From NCBI RefSeq assembly GCF_009914755.1, contig NC_060930.1: DNA of 64,000 bases; one strand, 5' to 3'. Each line of letters opens with the position of its first letter. Positions within the stretch are counted from its first letter, which is position 1. Source of the DNA: the human T2T-CHM13v2.0 reference genome, Homo sapiens. The translations under genes were made by a program, and so were the position numbers. A model generated the notes under the pieces. The model did not search any database. It was not told the DNA's origin and was given only the letters and a program-made list of their open reading frames with translations. Shown here piece by piece: positions 15,897 through 31,492 of this stretch.

Positions 15897-16802
15897 GGAG
15901 ATCGAGGAGCCAAGATGGCCGAATAGGAACAGCTCCGGTCTACAGCTCCCAGCGTGAGCGACGCAGAAGACGGGTGATTTCTGCATTTCCATCTGAGGTA
16001 CCGGGTTCATCTCACTAGGGAGTGCCAGACAGTGGGGGCAGGTCACTGGGTGCATGCACCGTGCGCGAGCCGAAGCAGGGCGAGGCATTGCCTCACTTGG
16101 GAAGCGCAAGGGGTCAGGGAGTTCCCTTTCTGAGTCAAAGAAAGGGGTGACGGATGGCACATGGAAAATCGGGTCACTCCTACCCGAATACTGCGCTTTT
16201 CCGACCGGCTTAAAAAACGGTGCACCACGAGATTATATCCCACACCTGGCTCGGAGGGTCCTGCGCCCACAGAGTCTCGCTGATTGCTAGCACAGCAGTC
16301 TGAGATCAAACTGCAAGGCGGCAGCGAGGCTGGGGGAGGGGCGCCTGCCATTGCCCAGGCTTGCTTAGGTAAACAAAGCAACCTGGAAGCTCCAACTGGG
16401 TGGAGCCCACCACAGCTCAAGGAGGCCTGCCTGCCCCTGTAGGCTCCACCTCTGGGGGCAGGGCACAGACAAACAAAAAGACAGCAGTAACCTCTGCAGA
16501 CTTAAATGTCCCTGTCTGACAGCTTTGAAGAGAGCAGTGGTTCTCCCAGCACGCAGCTCGAGATCTGAGAACGGGCAGACTGCCTCCTCAAGTGGGTCCC
16601 TGACCCCTGATCCCCGAGCAGCCTAACTGGGAGGCACCCCCCAGCAGGGGCACACTGACACCTCACACGGCAGGGTACTCCAACAGACCTGCAGCTGAGG
16701 TTCCTCTCTGTTAGAAGGAAAACTAACAAACAGGACATCCACACCAAAAACCCATCTGTACATCACCATCATCAAAGACCAAAAGTAGATAAAACCACAA
16801 AG
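15897..16802. promoter_or_regulatory. L1 5'UTR internal sense promoter and antisense promoter
   Basis: Intact 5'UTR, YY1 motif at 15911-15920, CpG-rich; function is established knowledge for L1PA elements. Confidence 0.8.
16043..16351 (-). CDS. ORF0: L1 ORF0 (antisense), extended 102-aa form
   Basis: MAGAPPPASLPPCSLISDCCASNQRDSVG... from ATG at 16351. Confidence 0.7.
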   Translation of the reverse strand: MAGAPPPASLPPCSLISDCCASNQRDSVGAGPSEPGVGYNLVVHRFLSRSEKRSIRVGVTRFSMCHPSPLSLTQKGNSLTPCASQVRQCLALLRLAHGACTQ

Positions 16803-17819
16803 ATGGGGAAAAAACAGAACAGAAAAACTGGAAACTCTAAAAAGCAGAGCACCTCTCCTCCTCCAAAGGAACGCAGTTCCTCACCAGCAACGGAAAAAAG
16901 CTGGATGGAGAATGACTTTGACGAGCTGAGAGAAGAAGGCTTCAGACGATCAAATTACTCTGAGCTACGGGAGGACATTCAAACCAAAGGCAAAGAAGTT
17001 GAAAACTTTGAAAGAAATTTAGAAGAATGTATAACTAGAATAACCAATACAGAGAAGTGCTTAAAGGAGCTGATGGAGCTGAAAACCAAGGCTCGAGAAC
17101 TATGTGAAGAATGCAGAAGCCTCAGGAGCCGATGCGATCAACTGGAAGAAAGGGTATCGGCAATGGAAGATGAAATGAATGAAATGAAGCGAGAAGGGAA
17201 GTTTAGAGAAAAAAGAATAAAAAGAAATGAGCAAAGCCTCCAAGAAATATGGGACTATGTGAAAAGACCAAATCTACGTCTGATTGGTGTACCTGAAAGT
17301 GATGGGGAGAATGGAACCGAGTTGGAAAACACTCTACAGGATATTATCCAGGAGAACTTCCCCAATCTAGCAAGGCAGGACAACATTCAGATGCAGGAAA
17401 TACAGAGAATGCCACAAAGATACTCCTCGAGAAGAGCAACTCCAAGACACATAATTGTCAGATTCACCAAAGTTGAAATGAAGGAAAAAATGTTAAGGGC
17501 AGCCAGAGAGAAATGTCGGGTTACCCTCAAAGGGAAGCCCATCAGACTAACAGCGGATCTCTCGGCAGAAACCCTACAAGCCAGAAGAGAGTGGGGGCCA
17601 ATATTCAACATTCTTAAAGAAAAGAATTTTCAACCCAGAATTTCATATCCAGCCAAAGTAAGCTTCATAAGCGAAGGAGAAATAAAATCCTTTACAGACA
17701 AGCAAATGCTGAGAGATTTTGTCACCACCAGGCCTGCCTTACAAGAGCTCCTGAAGGAAGCACTAAACATGGAAAGGAACAACCGGTACCAGCCGCTGCA
17801 AAATCATGCCAAAATGTAA
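16803..17819 (+). CDS. ORF1: L1 ORF1p, RNA-binding/nucleic acid chaperone, full 338 aa
   Basis: Uninterrupted MGKKQNRKTGNSK...QNHAKM. Confidence 0.93.
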   Translation: MGKKQNRKTGNSKKQSTSPPPKERSSSPATEKSWMENDFDELREEGFRRSNYSELREDIQTKGKEVENFERNLEECITRITNTEKCLKELMELKTKARELCEECRSLRSRCDQLEERVSAMEDEMNEMKREGKFREKRIKRNEQSLQEIWDYVKRPNLRLIGVPESDGENGTELENTLQDIIQENFPNLARQDNIQMQEIQRMPQRYSSRRATPRHIIVRFTKVEMKEKMLRAAREKCRVTLKGKPIRLTADLSAETLQARREWGPIFNILKEKNFQPRISYPAKVSFISEGEIKSFTDKQMLRDFVTTRPALQELLKEALNMERNNRYQPLQNHAKM

Positions 17820-17867
17820 AGACCATCGAGACTAGGAAGAAACTGCATCAACTAATGAGCAAAATAA

Positions 17868-21705
<3,838 letters not shown>

Positions 21706-21937
21706 ACAATGAGATCACATGAACACAGGAAGGGGAATATCACACTCTGGGGACTGTTGTGGGGTGGGGGGAGGGGGGAGGGATAGCATCGGGAGATATA
21801 CCTAATGCTAGATGACGAGTTAGTGGGTGCAGCGCACCAGCATGGCACATGTATACATATGTAACTAACCTGCACAATGTGCACATGTACCCTAAAACTT
21901 AAAGTATAATAAAAAATAAAAAATAAAAAAATAAAAT

Positions 21938-23042
21938 AGCATCAAATAAAGAAATAATAATTAATTTGGAAAATGTGATACAAGAGTTTACTCTGAAAAT
22001 TAAAAATTATTGTTTAAAGAATATGTAAATAATTAGCAAACATCTTACAGCCATGAATTGGAAGATTTAATATTGTAGTACTTTACAATTTGAACTACAG
22101 ATTTGATGAAATCCCTGCAAGTATCCCAACCGACTTCTGTCTAGAAACTGACAAGCTGATTCTAAAATACACATGGAATTGTAAGGGACTCAAAATAGCC
22201 AAAATAATCTTGAAAAAAGAAACCATATTAGGATAATTCACACCCCCATGCTCCAAACCTTACTGCAAAGTATCAGTAATCAAGACAACACAATACTGAT
22301 GAAGGAAAAATATATAGATTGATGGAAGAGAATTGAGAGTCCATATATAAAACTATGTGTCTATAGTCAATGGATTCTTACAGTGGTGCCATGTGCAATT
22401 CAATGAGGAAGAGACAGTCTTTGAACAAACTGGGTCAACAACGTACACGTGGATCACCACTTGCAAAATAATAAATTCGAACCCTTACCCCAAAGCATAC
22501 AAAAATATTAACTCCAATGAATTAAAGACACACATGCAAGAGCTAGAATAAAGCATATGGGAAAATCTTCAGGATTTTGGATCTAGCAAAGAAATAGCTG
22601 TAACACCAAAAACATGAGCAACAAAATAAAAATTAGATATTTAAAATTTCTTAAAAATTAAAGACATTGGTGTTTCAAAGGACAACCAAGCAAGTCAAAA
22701 GGCAGCTCAAAAATTGTGAGAAGATATTTGAAAAACACGTATCTATATGTCTGTATATATATGTATCTTGAATATAGAAAAACTGTTTTAACTCAGTAAC
22801 AAATATCCCAACTCAAAACTGATAAATGATAGGAATAGATGTGTTTCCCAAGAAGATACACGAACGGTCAATAATCCCATAAAAAGATACTCAATAGCAT
22901 CACTCATCAGGCAACTACAAATCAAAACCACAGTTAGATACTCTATGGCAAGATTTGGCCACTTTGGAAAATAATTTGATGGCTTCTAAATATATTAAAC
23001 ATAGAATTATAAAAATAAATAAATAAATAAATAAATAAAAAT
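21938..23042 (+). mobile_element. 3'-transduced segment (old L1M-derived) with second poly(A) tail
   Basis: Lies between the L1 poly(A) and the 3' TSD; ATTAAA at 22994-22999, (AAAT)n tail at 23011-23042. Confidence 0.88.
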
Positions 23043-24125
23043 AAAAGCAGTCACCAAAATGTCTTAAGTGAATAAAACATTAAGATTTTCATGAGACATG
23101 GAGCTGGTTCCAAAGAATAGACCATCATTACTCTTCCTCTCTATCAAGAAATTAGTTAACTAGCACAGAGGGAGAACATAATTAAGAGCACTTCCATTAC
23201 CCAGGGTCTGATGGGCTTCATCTGCAATAACAATTTGGAGACGTTTGCCAAGCAATCCACATACTTCTAACCAGTGACATGCCCAGTATATTTGATACTC
23301 AGAGAAGATCATTTTTCAGTAACCTCTTCCTCTGTATGACAAAATTATTTTCAGCAAGAACTATCATATGAAACTAAAATAATGTCCTGGAAAAAATACA
23401 AGGAAAATTTTTCTTTATTAAACTTAATATACATAATAATATAATAAATACATAAATAAATGTTACAGTACTAAAAAAGAAAAAGTATTGGATTACTTTC
23501 TCAATGTTCTTGACTTAAAATAAAAGGAAAATGTACTTATGTATTGGTTTGTTATAGCAATGAATAGTTAACATTATAATTTCTCTTTTTGAGTCTTAGC
23601 TTCCACTAATTTTAAAATTCTAAGTATAAATAACTCCAAGTGGTCACATAAAATGATGGAATTAAAATAACTCAACCTCCATTTAATTATACCTACAATT
23701 CCTATTTAAAATCCACATTTTTGACACAGGAATATGTAACGTTACAAACTGTGGCCAAGAAAGCTCCAATGATTCCAAACTATTACAAACTTTCTCTTGA
23801 AACAAATATATTGTGGCTGAGTCCCACATGTCAGGGGCCAACTTCACATATGGAAATTCTCTAATTAACTTGCATATGAAATACAATATTCATTAAAAAA
23901 TAAGTTTTTTAAAATGAGCTAATTTCAAGTACATATATATATATGTAATTAAAACACAACAGTAATTTCTCTACTTATTAAATCTTAAGCCAACAAAATA
24001 TTTTTTTCAGGGAAGAGTATTTTTCCCACTGAGAATATTTAGACTTGTGGGCCACATTGATAACAAAAATGGACCAACTCTTAATTGGTTTTATTATTGT
24101 TTTTACCTTCTTTATAGACAATGTA

Positions 24126-24841
24126 CCCCCTTATTGCCTGTATCTCAGGTAGATTGATCCCAATGACTCAACTTTCAGTATGCTACTTCCTCCAACTTGA
24201 TGAAGTTGGATTGCAGTCTTGATGGATCATATTCTTCTTACAGTAATTTAAAATAATCCCTTTACTTTCAACCATAGATCAAATACAGTTATCTACTTTT
24301 TCCACAGAAGTCTACTGCACAAACTTTCTTTACCCAGGACCTATATTCGCAAAATTCTCAGAACAAACCCTGAATGCTTGACCTGGGATGGCCAACTCAG
24401 TAAGATCTCTATTTAGAGAGTCTTGCTTCTATCTCATTCATTTCTCTCCCTGCCAAGGTTATGTCAGTGAATGACTTCCCCAAAGGTATCCTTCCTCTTG
24501 TTTCATGATATCACTGAACCTAACATGCAAAGGCTCAAGCCTTCATTGTGTCTGCTTGCTCTCAACATAGTACATTTTCCTTCCAAAGGAGATACATGGG
24601 GGTCAAGTTTGTTCTTTGTTGCCTCTTTCTAAAGACATGCCATGCTTTCTTATATCTTAGTATTATTTCATCTTCTTTATTTCTTTATATACTTCCTATG
24701 GACTTATGAGACATCATTAAATAGTTTTTAATGATGAAGTAATGATACTTTAATGATAAAGTAATTTCCCACTTTTCATTCCTGATGTTCTTGGGCCATA
24801 TTTTTGCCTTTAGGAAAATTTTAGACTGTAATGTGTTCTGG
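24126..24841 (-). pseudogene. Candidate large pseudo-exon
   Basis: Acceptor ggttctttttctcag; fragments QNTLQSKIFLKAKIW and GREMNEIEARLSK; 3' boundary uncertain. Confidence 0.4.
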
Positions 24842-25236
24842 CTGAGAAAAAGAACCTTAAGCCTTTTTTTTTTTTTTTTTTTTTTTTTTTGCCTTTCTGT
24901 TACCTAGATGTCTTTTCAAGTAAAAGTATTTAGCAATTAAAACAGTTTTGTGGCCATGAAATGTTAAGCTCATCCAAGTCCATGCAGGCTTCAATTCACT
25001 GATTTATTGTTTGTTGTAAGTACAATTTATTTAGATGTATGACTTATTATTTGTGTAAACATCTATTATATAAACATGTATTGTGCAAATATATTATTAG
25101 AGCTTCAAATGTGTCAGAAATTTGCTAGGTGTTGAAGATAGAGTAATGAACAAGGCAGGAAATTATTTCTGGCTTCATGTAGCTAACAATCTATAAGTGA
25201 CTTAATGTTACACTCTTTATTTACTTAAAGAATTAC

Positions 25237-25316
25237 TCAACTCCTGAAGTGATCTCAGGAAGCACATCTGCAAAGCCTCTCATAAAAGACTGTGGTTCAG
25301 CCAAAGATTTCATGAT
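25237..25316 (-). pseudogene. Pseudo-exon (80 bp)
   Basis: Branch site ctaac, acceptor cacttatag, donor gtaatt; open IMKSLAEPQSFMRGFADVLPEITSGV; phase fits the next block. Confidence 0.45.
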
Positions 25317-25344
25317 CTATAAGTGCATTCAGTTAGAACACAGG

Positions 25345-25610
25345 GTGACTGGAGGCAATATTCCATAACAATTAAGATTTCAGGTTACAGAGCCAGGCAG
25401 TCCTGGGTCAAATTTTGGCTTTCTTCACTGGGTGGCAGTAAACCTTGGCAATCCAATGGACTTCTCTGTCCTTTACTTTTCCCAGGGTCAAACGAGATTA
25501 AAAAATAGTACATATCTAATAGGGTTGTGAGGACTAAAATAAAATATACGGGCTTAGAACAACACTTAGCACATAGTAAATGATTGATAAAGTCAGCCAT
25601 TATTATTATT
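25345..25610 (+). mobile_element. MIR SINE
   Basis: agggttgtgaggactaaa ... cttagcacatagtaa core. Confidence 0.6.
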
Positions 25611-25761
25611 AATTTTCATTAGTATTTTCTACTTAAATATTTAAGTAAAACACTCAGTAGCTGAAAATGAGAAACAAAATGTAAGACCCTTGAGCCTTTA
25701 AAGTTCAAAATCAATGTGCTAATACTTTGGAGTTGTATTGGATGTTGGAGTAGTTTATAAA

Positions 25762-26335
25762 TGTATCAGTCAGAATCCAGGCAGGAAAACAGAACCCATG
25801 CTACGTATTTCAAATAGAGAGGATTCCCCACAAAGGTATTGACAGGGTTAGAAGGGGAAAAGGAAGGAGTGGGGGTATCTGGAGATCAGGAAGCTGCTGA
25901 TGTGCCCTCAGCTGGTGCCCACTGGGTTGCACCTGCTGCCTTGCCGCTGAAGACGCTGACACTGTCAGTACTGAAACCACTGTGACTGGGGCCGAAAATA
26001 CCCTGGTCTGTTGCCAGGACTGGACTACTTGCAAGGATGTGCTGCTGGGGAAACTACCATCACCCTTCTGCCACTCTCAGAAAGTACCAGCAACTGTTAG
26101 TCCCTGCCATGGAGTGGGAGCCAGAAACGGAAATCTTTCTTCTTTCTGCCTTCTGGTCTCCCACCAGGGTCTCCCACCAGGGTCTCCCACCAGTGTCTCC
26201 CACTAAAAAAAACCTAATGGGAAGGCAGCTGGCAAGGGAGCCTGGGAAATGTAGATTTCAGACTACCAGTCCCAGTTGCACAAAACAAATAGAGAATGGC
26301 AGATATGGAGCCGAGGGACAATAGGTAAATAACAC
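25762..26335 (-). mobile_element. ERVL-class LTR (LTR41/LTR33-like) containing a 13-bp tandem repeat (ggtctcccaccag, ~4 copies, 26155-26204)
   Basis: tgtatcagtcag ... gggagcctgggaaatgtag ... acaataggtaaataacaca. Confidence 0.55.
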
Positions 26336-26636
26336 AGAAAATAAAACATACTCAGATCCATCATCAAATCAAAGGTAAAGAGTCATCAAGATAATTTAAG
26401 CAACTTGAAGTTGGAAGATAAAACTACTTACATTTTCTTTTCTGCCCACTTTTGATTGCTTTAGCATTTGATTTTGTTTTAGCTATGTTTCATATTTATC
26501 CTGGCACAAACTCCACCATAGAATTTATTAGAGGTTTTACACCCTGATTTTTTTTAAAGAGGTTAAAAAATATTTTAAAATGAAAGAATTCTAACATTCA
26601 GAACAGAATTTTAAAATGCCACTTTATCCTTCCTAC

Positions 26637-26744
26637 TAATCAATGCTGCCAGATTGCTGTTTTGGTAATGCGCACTGCAGAGATGTTGGTATTATCTTAC
26701 TCTCTGGGTCACAAGCAGGGTGTGGGAGCTTCTGAATAGCTTCC
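26637..26744 (-). pseudogene. Candidate pseudo-exon
   Basis: Acceptor ggtttttatttgctag; EAIQKLPHPACDPESKIIPTSLQCALPKQQSG; alternative donor gtaaga at 26700. Confidence 0.4.
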
Positions 26745-27084
26745 CTAGCAAATAAAAACCATGCCAAGAAACTAGTAATGGGTAATGATTATTGTCCAAA
26801 AGACATGGAAAGTAGCTTTTCAGAAAACATGACCAGTGGCAAGCCAGTACAGTGTCATTAAACAGTCAGGAAAAAAAACAATAGTCATGATTTCTCCTAT
26901 TTAGTTCTTAAATAATTTTTGTGCTCAAAAAATCTAAGAAATCATATAAGAAGATATTCATTCAGATGTTTAACAGCTACTAAATATACATTATCAAAAG
27001 TGTTTCCTGATATTAGGTCTGAAATAGCTAGTTCTACTAGTTAGAATCTGTGTTAATGAAACTAAGATCAGAGTTAATTCTTAC

Positions 27085-27174
27085 TTGGGCTGGTTACTTT
27101 GCATGAGAAACACTGTTCCAGGATCAGGTACAAGTGGATATATTAGAATTTGGACATGGACATGGGTATATCAT
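27085..27174 (-). pseudogene. Pseudo-exon (90 bp)
   Basis: Branch site ctaac plus acceptor tccttttcag; donor AA|gtaaga. Confidence 0.5.
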
Positions 27175-27763
27175 CTGAAAAGGAGTTAGCACATAAATAG
27201 AACACAGTGGCTATTTATGTGGTACCATTTGAGGGACTTCATGGTGAGACCCTCATAAAATCTGTCTCATTCTCTTTTCCCTTCTCAGTATGATTGTTAT
27301 TGCCCTAATAAAATAATAACCTGACTTCTCTTCAACCTCTTTAGAGTGGTCCATATCAAATAATACCTTCACGAAGTTTAGATATTGGCCAGATAAGAAA
27401 CAGGTAGAAGCCTTGGGCTGGTTATGTCAGGGATCCTAAGACTGAAGAAAGGGGTGGAATGGAGAGACTGAAAGCATTAATTGAAAATTATACCTTCAGG
27501 GCAACTCACCAGATCATATATTATTTGAAAGACAACACGATGTTCTAGGAAGAACACAGGCCCTGGCATCACTCAGATGGGAACTTAAATATGTTTTTCT
27601 ACTTCTCTGAACTTAGGAATAATATAGGTAAAATCACCCAACACAGAGCATACTTTCAATAAAAGGCCGCATTTGTTTTTGGTTATGTACACATGAACAT
27701 CAAGTGCACAATCGGTCATTATGACATGAGTTGATTTTGTGAAGATAAAAAATGCAGATATAC

Positions 27764-27926
27764 CAGCGGGGCATGAAGTTTCTCCTCCACACAGCACTGG
27801 AGCAGTATTTACCCATGTTTGTACAGCTGGCCTCAAAGCTGCCTGTCTGTCTGTGAGTGGGGAGCCAGCTGAGAGCAGGCCTAATCTTAGGACTCCAGGG
27901 AGCAACTAGCAGCAGAGGATACAACC
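27764..27926 (-). pseudogene. Candidate pseudo-exon (163 bp)
   Basis: Acceptor gaattctcag, donor CTG|gtatat; GC-richer unique island; frame ambiguous. Confidence 0.45.
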
Positions 27927-28142
27927 CTGAGAATTCACCAAAGAAAATTCTGCCATTTGTTCTGCTGGGATTTTATAATCTTGATCAAAGTGATAATCTG
28001 AAAGATCTGGACTAAGTTTCTTATGTTTTAAATTAATAAATACTTAAAAATAACATAGGAGCAGGAATGAAAAAGCCTTGCTCTGCCCTCTCTGTGCTTC
28101 CGTGGGGAGCTGTTTGAACTCTTTACGATGTAACAGGCCCCT

Positions 28143-28900
28143 CACACTGAATATCCAGGAAGCCTTCTTAAAGCAGGTGAGATCTGAGCAGAGACTTGAA
28201 TAGTAAAAAGCAGCCAGTTATGGGATGGTCCGGAGAAAGAGCTGATAAGGTAGAGGAAAGAGCAAGTGCAAAGGCTGTGAGGTAGGAGCAAGGTCACAGT
28301 GTCCAAGAAACGGAAAGAAGGCCAGTGGGACGAGGACATGGTGAGCCACAGGGAGAATGATTTGAGCTTAGGTCCAAAAGCAGGCAGGGGCTTAATGATG
28401 GCGGGCCTTGGGTTTTGTTCCATGATAAGTGGCAAACCACCGGAGGGTCTGAGGCACACAGAGGCCATAATCTGAATACTTGTTTAAGAGACTGTTCTGG
28501 CAGCTCTAAGAGTGTAGGGAGGAGGAGTGGAAGCAGGGAGGTTGCTTAAAGACCACCACAGTTTAGGCAAGAGATGACAGTGGTAGCAGTGGAGAGAAAG
28601 AGAAGGGGACAAATTCTATTTATTGGAGGAAGATCAGTAGAACTAGTTGGTGAAGCAGCTGTGTGAGATGATAGACGGCTGCTCCAATACAGGTGTGGGG
28701 CAGGCAGAACGCTGGGTTTAACCAACCTTGGAGTTTCCCCAGGTGAACACAGTGAAGGGATGAGATGCAAGGGGAGAGGCTTTTGTAAGACAGTGATTTT
28801 AGAAAAAGAAGGAAAAAAGAAAGCAAGCTTAGAATCTTAGGAATGAAGTGAGGATACAGGTGGTTAGGTGATGGAGAGTAAAAAACTCAATGAGGTCAAT
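28143..28900 (-). mobile_element. L2 LINE fragment
   Basis: Typical L2 3' sequence (agagcaagtgcaaaggctgtgagg, ttaggcaagagatgacagtgg). Confidence 0.65.
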
Positions 28901-29602
28901 GGATTGAAGGTCTCTATTATCAGTCATTAAAATGAAGATGCTAGAATAATTACTATAGTCATGTTTTTCGAACATTTATATTTGTGATTCATAACAGGGA
29001 GTAACTTTACATTGTAAGGCAGTTAGACAGTTTTAAAGCACAATACCTACATTGTCTTTGGTAATATATTCAACACTTTTTCAAAGCCCCAGTTTCCTCC
29101 TTTTGACAATAGGACAAACAATTCCTACATTACAGAGCCATGGTTGGTATTCGGTTAGCACACAAATACAAAGCCTTCAGTGCAGTGCCTGCCTGGTACA
29201 GTTACAATAGTGTAGTGCTCAGGGAAGGGCAGCTATGATTATCACTAGCCCCCTTCCCCTTTCAAACTCTCTGGGCCTCAGTTCTCTTATTTTTAAAATG
29301 AGGCTGAGGAGAAGATTGGACTGTAATGTTGTTTCCAACTCTAACATTCTGTGAATGTCCCTTGATTTGTACTTAACTGCAACACCTATGGAAATTAGAA
29401 TGTGATTGTGCTTTTGAGATCATTCTCCCGTCTGGTGATTTGGTGAGGGTAAAAAGTTCAAACACAATACTAACATCACCTTTTAGTGCCAGGATAACCC
29501 TGTTCTCAATAAATTATATTTAAAAATATTTCAGTGTGTTAAATAGGACATTGGGAATCATTTAGGTCACCTTTTACTCTTAAGAAATAAGGCAACCCCT
29601 AC

Positions 29603-29879
29603 ATACAGCCTGATCCCAAGAGGGGCCATATACCAGCAGAGCCCATGTGTCTATTTCAAAGACTTTTTGCTGCTCTCTGCTGATTGGCAGTCCAGGGCAA
29701 TATCCCATCTTTTAGAGGCCAAGGACAGGCCTCTGGGAATAGGTCAGTCATTTCCAGAGGTGGCATTAACCTTTCAGGCACCATTTAGTGGATTAATGTT
29801 TTCACACACTAAATGGTACCCCAGTGGTCCATTCAGACAAGATGCAGCATATAAGGAGAAACTGGACTAAAGACTCTTT
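29603..29879 (-). pseudogene. Candidate pseudo-exon
   Basis: Acceptor tctttttttttcctaag-type tract, donor gtaggg; unique sequence, frame unresolved. Confidence 0.35.
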
Positions 29880-30159
29880 CTTAGGAAAAAAAAGATGTGT
29901 AATATTTGCATTTGTCTTTATAGCATTTCTCTAAGGACCTACTGATACTGTAGAACACCATTATGATTCTGGTATCAAGAGACAGGAATAAAAGCTGCAA
30001 AATGATATTAAGAGCTATTTAGGCGATACAATGTATCATGTGGTCTAACAGGGTAATTTATAACAACGGTGAGGATTAGCCTTATTTCACAAATGTAAAT
30101 ATGAAAAGATAGACATGTTCAGTGACCAAGAGATGTAATTTCTTCAAGTAATCAATGAG

Positions 30160-30405
30160 GTATTTTCAACAGCTGTCATGTGAGCACTTTCTATGTGCCA
30201 GACATATTCCAAATGCTTCACATAGTTCAATTATTTACTCTTCATGAAAACCTTATGGTTTTACTATTATCATACCTGTATTAGAGAGAAGCAAATGAAT
30301 GCACAGAGAGGTGAAGTGACTTGCTTATATAGCTAGCAGATGATAAAGTCAGGAGTGAAATTCACATTCTAGCCTCATAGCCTGGCCTCTTAACCATGCA
30401 CTGTA
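30160..30405 (-). mobile_element. MIR SINE
   Basis: tgagcactttctatgtgccag ... gcacagagaggtgaagtgacttgc. Confidence 0.65.
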
Positions 30406-30701
30406 GTCATTTTTTCCAAACGTTTGTGGTCACAATTCATAATGGAAGTAACTATAGATTGTGAGCCAGTAGAAGGAGTTTTAAAAAATAATACTTATCC
30501 AAACAATATGGAACACCTTTCGGTATTTTTCATTTTATTTGATTCCATTTCATTTTTAATAAATGCTGCTTGAGACACACTGAATTCCATTTATTACCTA
30601 TTCTACTAATGGGCTGTGGCCTTCAGTTTTCCAAATGCTGCTGCACTACATTATGCTGGGTGCTAGTTAGCACACCCTAGCTCCCCAAATAAAGGGGAGA
30701 C

Positions 30702-31492
30702 CTGGGATTCAGAAGGAGCCTGTACTGGAAAGGAATGGAATCTGAAATTCTCTGCTCTCTCATTTCCTGCCCATCCTCCAACCTCCACCTGTTCCCAGTT
30801 AAACAATCAATCAGCAGAGGAACGTCAAGAAGAAGAAAAACATTGATTTGCCAGAATGTCCTAATTCCTCCTCTGTTGTTTTCTTTCTTCTGTTATGCCA
30901 TCCAAATTATGCCTGGACCATTTTAATAGAGAATAAAACACATCACTCAAAAATCTAATTCCCCGGAGCCCTAGAATAATGGCATTTTTTACTAATGAAA
31001 CATGCAAACTACTGTCAGGTCCATTAATAGTCTCAATTTTTAATCTCTTAGATAATGGAACATTGTTTCCATGGCAGCAACTTCCAGCTGTTGGGAGATC
31101 CCAGGCTTTCAGTTGTGTGACAATTAGGGTGAAGAATTGCTGAGGATTTCTGGTGTTTCTGTATCTTCATTAGGCAGCATTCAGTATTTTTAAAAGCACT
31201 GATTATCATGATGTATTAGTTTAAAAAGCTTGATATGTTGATACCTATCCTGGGAAAAGATAGTAATTTCCCACAGCCTGTCACCAGGAGCTGCCTGACA
31301 TATCTGGAGTGATGATCTGGTTATGATCATTATCTCCAGTGTTTGGCTTATAAATGAATAAAAGTCTGGGTGAATTCAATTACAGATAGTTTGTGTTCCA
31401 GGACTCATGATTTTTGATGAGGACAAAATCCAAGGATCTAACAACAAGACCAGGAAGGCCTTCTTCGTTTTTAGCATCCTTATATAAGAAGG
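30702..31492 (-). pseudogene. One to three candidate pseudo-exons
   Basis: Acceptors gtgttctttgtag (exon start 31492) and ...ggtccag (30912); fragments VLEHKLSVIEFTQ, QQFFTLIVTQLKAW, QQLEVAAMETMFHYLRD, NLDGITEERKQQ. Confidence 0.4.

Noticed and set aside
26155-26204. Short direct-repeat array as CRISPR-like
   Set aside because: Spacerless 13-bp tandem duplication inside a mammalian LTR.
27764-27926. Argument that all stops revert to Gln/Arg by a single C>T change
   Set aside because: True of any stop codon, so circular; not used as evidence.
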